A stretch of DNA of 64,000 nt, from contig NC_086108.1 of NCBI RefSeq assembly GCF_963921235.1, positions 32,056,001 through 32,120,000 on the forward strand. The letters are read 5' to 3'. This document shows positions 55,291-64,000 of this stretch, piece by piece (positions within the stretch are counted from its first letter, which is position 1; the number at the start of each line of letters is the position of its first letter). Position numbers and translations under genes: made by a program. The notes under the pieces are model-generated. The model did not search any database, was not told the DNA's origin, and was given only the letters and a program-made list of their open reading frames with translations. Origin of the DNA: Mobula hypostoma. Its lineage: Eukaryota.

Positions 55291-58200
55291 CCATATCGAT
55301 TGATCCACATCTAGATCAGGTAGCTGCAACCAAGGACAAACTGCAGTCAATGACAGCGGGGTGCTGCACTGGGCCAATCATGCTTTATACATCAAATAAA
55401 ACTCTAAATAAGAGGAAAACAGTGACTCACACAGCGTATAAATAATTTGGAAGAAACTGTTACTAACTGTTAGTGAAGACAAAGGTGAACTGCATAAAAA
55501 GCACAGAACTAAAGGAGTAAAAGACATTTTACTATTGGTAGAAATTTAAATGCAATCAAAATGTACCCTTTTATTATCAGTACATTTTTATTTCAAAGAA
55601 AACCTTCATCTGATTGTCTCCAAATTGTCCTTGAGAAGAGGTATTTTCTTGTGGCTCCTTACCTCTCCATACCTCAAACATCAGAAATGCTGTTGACAGC
55701 AGCCTTGGGACAAAAATTCTGTGTAATATCCTGTTTAATATGGGTAAGAAGTAAATTTTTGGCAGTATGTTTTATTCTCAATTTACTGGATGCAAATTTT
55801 TACTGGGTAGAAGCAATGGAAAGAGAATTCATTTAAACTAGATGACCATATGCTAGCAATAGAATACAATAAATTGGAAAGAACAATAAAGAATGTAACG
55901 AAATAGAACCGGCACATTTTTTATGAACAAACAAAAATTCCTCGACTTCATGCTCATAAAAAGTGGTTTTATATTACAGAATTACTACAACCTCATTCAT
56001 AATACAGAACTTGATATCAGTACCACCTGTTATATCAACATAGCCATACAAACCAGATCAATTCTGAACTGAATTAACTATTCTCATCCATGCTAGCAGT
56101 TAGAACACCACAAATAACTTCAACAGAATTCTGCTAGGTAAGAGAAAGGGGTGAGGTAGTGTTTTGGATTGACACCACTAGAAAATGCACATTTGAGAAT
56201 GCGTAAGTACAGGGCTAGATTCAGTTGTGAAGACCACTTGCAAAAAGCTCATTGTTTCAGCTGAAGACAATTCATCAATGAGGGTGGAAAATTATTAAAA
56301 ATTTCTGTGAATTTGTGGGATACTCCAGTACATTGTATAATATTTTGTTTAAAAATTAGCTATGTATCGTACTTTCCGCAAGCAGTATACTCCCTATATA
56401 GAGAACTCAGAGTCACCATAATAATGTGTGTTAGCCTGCATCATATGTTTACACATCTTTTCTGTCAGCAATGTGGTAAAGATAGATGTTCAGTTACTGA
56501 TTGGTTGCTATCTAAATCTGCTTCACTGCCTTTTATGAAATAAAGTGTATAATATTCCTCTTGAAATGTAGACTACCTCTCCTATCCAGACCTGCTTCAG
56601 CCATCTTTCACCTGCCTGACCTACTTATTGCCAAACCAATGTAGCCAGGGTGAAAAGTATGAGATTATTTACTTGAAGGACATCCTTTACAATACCGTAT
56701 GTCACACAATACACCTTAAACAGGACCTTTGTCCACACTCTTTCATAATATTTGTCTCTACATGGACCACAAATGGATCATTGTCCTGCCACCTCCAAAT
56801 TCCTTTTATATTAATTAAGGATGTCCTACATCCTAGGAGTAGGAAGGCAAAACATCTGGTGGATTCTATAATCCCACCTACAAAGGATGCCATCTAACCA
56901 GTGAATATTCTAAATCAGCCACACTGCACATCCCTTCCCACTTCGATAATAAATTTATATGTTAAACATTTAAATTGATAGTAAATGTATATTTTGCTGT
57001 AAATTGCAGATTACAACTAAGTAATACTAAACAGTGTTTTCTGTATAGAATGCAAAGGCTTAATATTGTTTTAATTACTACAGGTGTAAAAGATATTAAC
57101 TGAGCTTTCAGGATCACTTCTAACTGTAATTTAGTAATGGAATAGAGTCAATTATTGGTTGTAGTGAGACTGATCTTGGCTAGAGTGCACAAAATACAGA
57201 AAAGCAAGAGAAGATACTTTCCCAACTTGAGCTCAATCATCAGAAATCAATTCATTTTCAAGCTTCAACATATTACTACAGAAAGAACACCAAAAAATGG
57301 TATTTCACTTTGTACTTCAGAAAGAAAAGGATGTTAAAGTAAATCATCTGATGAAAAGTTTACATACTTTTAGAACATTTGATTAAAATATTGTCCCTGC
57401 ATGGTAAATCTACATGTGCAGCACTGACATCAAATGATATCCTGGAAACATAAGCAGAGGCTTGACTTGCTGTGTCCAATAACAACTTTGTGCATTGGAT
57501 GATGGTGAAACTTTATGGCAATTAGACTTCAGATTAGCCACCTAAGTAACTTTTAACTAGTTTTATGCACAATGTGCCAGTTATGTTAAAAACGGTAACT
57601 TACCATAAAAGTTTTTACCTATTTTATTTATTCAGTGTACTTAAATACATCTGTGGTTTCCTTTTAATACACTGTATATTGAAATAAGCTGTTTAGTTTA
57701 TTTTTACGTAATGGTGAAAACTCTAGTTAAAGAGGTATCTGACCCAGGAGTTGATGTACTTCAGTTCAGATTTTTTATGTATTAAAGGTATTAACAAGGC
57801 CACATTGACAAATCTATAAAACAAAAACTTTAGATATACACTTTCAGCATGTATTATACTAAAAGGCTTATGGCGCCAAAAATACTATGGATCTGGTTGC
57901 AGAATACAGACATAAAATACTTATATGTGAGACAGAGCAGACCAGCAGACTAAATATTTCAACTCTCATTAAAATAAAACTATGATCACCAGTTAAATTG
58001 ACAGATATAAATCAAAGGAGACCAAAAAGTTATGTTAGGTGCCTACTAATTTTGCAAAGATGGAAATTAATAGTAATTATATGTGCTAAAATTTATCTCA
58101 TCACGCATGCACAAAATTAGGGGCTAGTCATTATCTATGTCTCACCAGCTATGGTCAGTAATTTTTTAACAAAGAAATTTCTCAACAAAGAAATAAAACA

Positions 58201-58374
58201 AGGGCACTTCAAGCAAGCAATAGACTAAAACTGAAATAATGTAGAATTCAGAAATACCGCTATGCATATTGAACATGTGATATAAAACTAAGAGATATAA
58301 AATGACACAAAACTTATTACAAATGATTACACTATTTGTACTAGAGAGCCACTTAGCCAAAACTTGATTTACAT

Positions 58375-59910
58375 CTTGATGGCAGGAGCAGAGGGTGGTA
58401 GTGAAGAGTTGTTATTCTAAATTGGAGGCTTACGATCTGTTGTGTGCTGCAGGGGTTGGTGCTAGGTCCCCTATTGTTGGTCAACTATATTAACAATTTG
58501 GATTAGAATGTAGGTGACATGATTAATAAGTGTGTAGATGATTCCAAAATTAGTGGTGTGGTGGGCAGTAAGGAAGGTCTCTAAATTTCAAGATTGTTTC
58601 ATGTAATTCCTGGTACACATATAAAGAAGCAAGTAGTTGTTACTCCAGATCTAATGCAGCGCAAGAAAACAGAATAAGCTAAAGAATACAATAAAAAAAT
58701 ACAACAAATGTAAATGCATAAGATAGCTTATATACATAGATTGATTGTATGTCCATTAAGTGATACTAGGCACAGGAGTGTTTGCACACAAGGTGCCTCT
58801 GACAGGAAATGATAAAGTATAGTGTTGGGGATGTGGAGAGGTGCATTAGTGGATAGAAGTGTTGATCAGCCTTACAGTCAGAGAAAGTAAATGTTTCTGC
58901 ATCTGATGGTCCTGGTGTGGATGCTACATAGCCTTCTCCCTAATGAGAGGGGAACAAAGAGCCCATGAGTAGGGTGGGTGGGATCCTTCATGATTTTACT
59001 GGCACCTTCTGTATGTATGCCCTTAATGGCAGGTCGGCTGGTGCAGGTGAAGCGTTGGGCAGTTTAGACTACCCCTTGTAAAGTTACAACAGAATCTAGA
59101 TCAATTGAGAAAGTGGACAAAGGAATATCAGATGGAAATTTAACTTGGACAAATGTGAAGTGATGCATTATGGGAAGTTAAACCAAGGCAAGCCTAAACA
59201 GTAAATGACAGGGCCCTGGGAAGTGTTGGACAACAAAGAGACCTAGGAGAATGGCCACGTAAGTTCAATGAAAGTGGTTGGTGGAAGGTGAAGGCAGCAT
59301 AGGGTATGCCTGTCTTCATTGGACAGGACATTGATTACAATAGCTAGAACACCTTGTTGCAGCTATACAAGACATTGGGAGACTGTATTTGGAATAGTGT
59401 GTGCTGTTCTGAACACCATACTATCAGAAGGATATGATTAAGCGAGTGAATGCAGGTAAGTTTCACACTGATATTGCTGTGACTTGAAGCTTTGATTTAT
59501 AAGGAGACTAGACAGGCTTGGACTGTTTTCCCCAGAATGAAGGAGGTTGAGAGGTGACGTTATAGAGGTTTTTAAAATAATGAGGAGGATGGTTCACAGT
59601 GTTTTTCACAAGGTAGCAAAATCTAAAACCGGCGGGGGGGGGGGGGGTAGATTTAAATTTAAAGTTTAAAGTGTCCCTAAGGAGAAGATTTTCCACACAG
59701 AGGGAGGTGGGTACAGAAAATGAGCTGCTAGAGAAAGTGCTAGAGGTGGGTACAATTGCAGCACTTTAAAGATATTTAGACAGGCTCACGGAAAGGAAAA
59801 GTTGAAAGGGATATGATCCAAATGTAGTAAAAGGAATGAGTTCATAAAGGCATCTTGGTCAGCATGGACAAGTATGGCTGAAGAGCTTGTTTCTGTACTA
59901 TATGATTCAC
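58375..59910 (+). mobile_element. Old CR1-like fragment with a nested minus-strand LINE tail (about 58585-59080)
   Basis: Degenerate QGLVLGPLL, KCVDDSK and KCEVMHYG motifs on either side of the insert. Confidence 0.65.
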
Positions 59911-60219
59911 ATTAAACTGATGAGGAAAATTTGGATTATGAAATTCTCAATTTTAATGTGATATTATCAATATAATAATTCCACCAGTTCCATATTCTTC
60001 AATTCTGGAGTGCACTAGTTCATACATGAATACTAATATAGTTAGTTGTACAATAAATAGACAAAATCTATCTTTTTTTCTGTGCATTAAAGTTGGAAAA
60101 TATGTACATTAAGTGTGTGGAAATGTTAATACCAAACCGAAGATCATGTTATTTAGTAATAGGCAAACTGACATAAAAGTAATGGTGCTCAGTAATAAAC
60201 CAATAGCATCTTACAAAAC

Positions 60220-60261
60220 CTTAGCACGTAAAATTTGTCTCAACAGTGGAAGATGAGAGTA
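60220..60261 (-). CDS. DNM3: Probable alternatively spliced DNM3 microexon (YSHLPLLRQI[LRAK]); donor position uncertain
   Basis: Strong acceptor ttttgttttgctatttcag|TAC. In-frame YSHLPLLRQI resembles the mammalian DNM3 10-aa insert (GTNLPPSRQI, recalled) found at the same junction. The first in-frame GT is AAG|GTTTTG at 60219. Confidence 0.65.
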
Positions 60262-61059
60262 CTGAAATAGCAAAACAAAAATACAACAGAGAAAATACAC
60301 TGATAAAACTGTGGATTTTACAGATATACATGTTAAAAGCTTGTTTAAAATGTACTTAGGTGCCTGCTGTTTAGTTTTGTAATAAACGGATGCCAATATG
60401 CCCCATGCAGAATCGTAAGCCAATCTTCAACTGTTTGAGCAATCTAGCAGCTTTACAAAAATCTATCAGTGTTTCTAAGCCAGATTAAATTACTAAACCT
60501 TAATTAATTCTGAAATATTTTACAACCAAAATGAAATAATGTAATAGTTTTTTTACAAATATCAAGTTACCTATTGAAGTATAGACAACCATTAAAATTA
60601 CATCAAAACCTCAGTGAAAAAGGCATCTTGCACTATGAGGCTTTCTCTTTAACTTGTAATAAAAGTATGCACATGCCTGAACTAGTAAACTGTACTACTT
60701 GAAAGCACTGAATAATTATTCCCAAATAATTCATATGCCAAGCAGTAACAAAAAAAATTGTAAACAGAAGTGCAATTAGTTGAGATGGAAGATTATGAGG
60801 CAGAAAAAAGCAACTCAAAAATAAATTTAAAGTAAGAGTCATAGAACAAAGATGGCAACAAAGCAGGAAGTAAAGACAATTCTTGAGCAATGATTGTCCA
60901 ATTGCAGCAAAATAAAACTTGAACAATTCTTCAAACACAATTTGAATGTGCACTACAACATGTTCGTAATCATGCTTAATTAATCATATCGCAAGGAACA
61001 GAAAAATTAAAACTGCTTAAGTGTAATACATGCATTTTACAAAAAAATAGAACTCTTAC

Positions 61060-61111
61060 CTGATTCCCAGCAGTGTGCTTCTTATTAAGCTGACCACACC
61101 TTTGTTGGGCA
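61060..61111 (-). CDS. DNM3: Dynamin-3 exon at the stalk-to-PH linker (52 nt, phase 2/0)
   Basis: ttttctatag|T GCC CAA CAA...AAT CAG|gtaaga; translates to (N)AQQRCGQLNKKHTAGNQ, homologous to dynamin NAQQRS.Q..KK...GNQ. Confidence 0.92.
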
Positions 61112-62449
61112 CTATAGAAAACGTATAACAATTTTCTAAATATAATTACTTAAGAAGATTGTTTAATTTTTTTACATTCCATTGGAAAAGAAGCATCAAG
61201 TATAAGATATTGTTTGTTTAGTTCAGGAAGTCATGGTAGAGAAAACAAAAAGGTAACATGGGGATGGATGTGTTTACAAAAAATATTAAATCAGAGAAAT
61301 TGTGTGAGCTACACAGTACTTGGCCATGACTTACTAATAATTAAAATAGCTAGAAGCAAAACATCTTGATAATTATGAACTGATAACTTACTGAAAACGC
61401 TAGCATTAAGCATAAGATACACAGGTCCTTGCTTAGTTACATGTAAAAAAATGTAACCTCACACATTACATAATGAAAGACTTTTCACACAGTACTATTA
61501 AAATACAAAACAGATTACAGATTTTAAATGTCCTTTTCAAGACCCAATGTTCTAAAAAATCCTTCCCAAAACTGTGCAGCTGTAAAAAGGCAAAACCAGG
61601 AATCCAGCAACACTGCGGTGACTACTAGACTTCTTAGTGCATGACAGAATTTTGATTCCTGGTTTTTGGTGGGATTTTCATTCACACTAGAAACTTCTTT
61701 CAGGATAATATGATGCCCAAAATTCATTTCTAGTATGATTTTCAACTGCACCGGGGTGGGGAAACGTTTATTTAACTTCCTAAATATTGGAAACAGTGTT
61801 ATTGAAAAGGGCCAATACTCACAGTGACCATTTGAATTCACTGAAATTAGTGCTTTCAACTCACTGAAGTTTGCAACATAAGATATAATATTTCATGTAA
61901 TAGTTCAGACTGGCTGCCCCTGGAGGTCAAGGTCATGGTCACTCTCAGCTTCCTTCCCTCAGGATCAATCCTGTATGATGTGCTGTTCACTGCTCTATTA
62001 GAAACATTATCCAAGCTTCATATTTAAGAGTTTTTCTTCAGCTTATGGAAATAAGCTGAGAAAGCACAGGAACGTTTTAACATCCACGAAGTACAGAAAT
62101 TCAAACTCTGCACTCATTTTGCATTGCTCCGTAGAGACCTTGCTGGCAAAATCCTGGCAGTTGCCCTGTATATCTGTAAACAGCTTTATACAAATAACAT
62201 GGCTCCTGTAGGTACTTGTCCACCAAATTGTCCACATTGATCTGCCCTTCAGGAAAATTCTCTGTCCCTTCTCTCATTGTTGTAGTGTCCTACATTGAAG
62301 CGGCAACATGCCCAAGTAGCAGAGTGCTACTTTTAAGGTGACATTTGCCAAAATTGCAGCTGCCAGACTAAGTGAAAGCAGCTGTAAGATATAACAGATT
62401 TATAGGATAGTGCAGTTATAATTGAATTGTGTACAATTATGTGGGGAAG

Positions 62450-64000
62450 CCATAAGATATAGGAGCAGAATTTGACAATTAGATCCATCAAGTCTAGTAC
62501 GCTATTCTATCATGGCAGATTTATTATCCCCTCTCATCCCCATTCTCCTGCCTTCTCCTCAGAACTCTTGACACTCTTATTAATCAACAACTTATTAAGC
62601 TCCACTTTAAATATACCAAATGAATTGTCCTCCACAGCCATCTCTGCCAATAAATTTCACAGGTTCATCACCTTTTGTCTAAAGAATTTCCTCCTCATCT
62701 GATTTCCCTTTAGAAACCCTTCTATTCTGTGGCTGTGCCTTCTGGTCCTAGACTGGCACACTATAGGAAACATCCTCTCCATACCCACTCTACCTGGATC
62801 TTTCAATATTGGATAGGTTTCAATGAGATCCTCCTTCATTCTTCTATGCTCCAGCGAGTACAGGCCCAGAGCCATCAAGTGCTCCTCATACGTTAACCCC
62901 TGTCATTCCCAGAATTATTTTCATAAATCTACTCTGGACCCTTTCTAATGTCTGCACATCCATTCTTAGATAAGGGACCCAAAACTACTCACAATACTCC
63001 AAATGCAGTCTGACCAATACCTTATAAAAACTCAGCAATACATCCTTACTTTTATATTCTAGTCCTCTTGAAATGAATGCTAACAGTGCATTTGCCTTAC
63101 TTTCCAACAACTCAAACTGCAAGTTAACCTTCAGGAAATCCTGCATGAGGGCTCCCAAGTCCTTTCGCACCTCTGATTTCTGAATTTTCTCCCCATTTAC
63201 AAAATACTCTACACCTTTATTCCATCTACCAACCGCATGACCATACACTTCCCTATACTATTTTCCATCTGCCACTTCTTTGCCCATTCTCTCAATCTGT
63301 CCAAGTCCTTCTCCAGACTCCTTGCTTCCTCAAAACTACTGCCACTCCATTGATCTTCGTATTGTTTGCAAACTTGGCCACAAAGCCATCAATTATGTCA
63401 TCCAAATCATTGCTAAAAGAAGCAGACCCAACACTGACACCTGTGGAACACAACTAGTCACTGGCAACCAACTAGAAAAGGCCCTCTTTATTCCCACCCA
63501 GTCCATCAATGTTCTACCCATGCTGGTATGTACTTATCCTGTAATACTGTGGGCTCTTATCTTGCTTAGCAGCCTCATGTGCAGCACCATTTCAAAGGCT
63601 TTCTGAAAATCCAGGTAAACAACATCCATTAACTATCCTGCCTGTTATTTCCTTAAAGAATTCCAATAGATTTGTTAGGCAAGATTTCCACGCTGACTTC
63701 AGCCTATTTTATCATGTGCCTCCAAATACTCCAAAATATCATCCTTACATCTTCCCAACCATTGAAGTCAGGCTCACTGGCCTATAATTTCCTTTCTTCT
63801 CTCTCCGTCCTTTCTTGAAGAGAGGAATGACATTTGCAATTTTCCATTTTTCCAGGACCATTGTAAAATCTAGTGATTCTTGTTAGATCACTATTGAAAG
63901 ATCACTGCTTCCAGAATCTCTTCAGCTACCTCTTTCAGAATCCTGAGGTGTAGTCCATCTGGTCGAGGTGACTTATCTACCTTCAGACTTTTCAGCTTTC
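62450..64000 (-). mobile_element. CR1-like LINE ORF2 fragment running off the window
   Basis: ANALLAFISRGLEYKSKDVLL, DLIETYPILK and GNYRPVSLTS remnants; tail at the left end. Confidence 0.9.

Overview
Vertebrate genomic DNA, most likely a cartilaginous fish (inferred from the repeat mix of CR1 LINEs, Rex1/Babar LINEs, Penelope fragments and Buster/Charlie hATs). The window lies inside a dynamin gene on the minus strand, almost certainly DNM3. Two clear coding exons are visible (61060-61111 and the first PH-domain exon, 49901-50014), plus a probable alternatively spliced microexon at about 60220-60261. The long intron after the PH exon carries, on the plus (antisense) strand, the miR-199 (199a-2 type) and miR-214 hairpins. 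This is the DNM3OS cluster, set in a repeat-poor island of about 8 kb with a motif-rich putative promoter (CArG, TWIST-type E-box, ETS, CRE/HRE-like). The rest is intronic DNA with many nested, mostly decayed transposable elements. The core system (DNM3/DNM3OS/miR-199/miR-214) is established biology, not new. The points that may be undescribed for this lineage are: intact antisense 'mirror' miR-3120 potential, a DNM3 microexon with no GT at the expected donor position, unusual Cys and VL1-loop substitutions in the PH domain, candidate DNM3OS splicing, and Penelope fold-back elements with hammerhead-ribozyme remnants. All comparisons to known sequences are from memory and were not computed.
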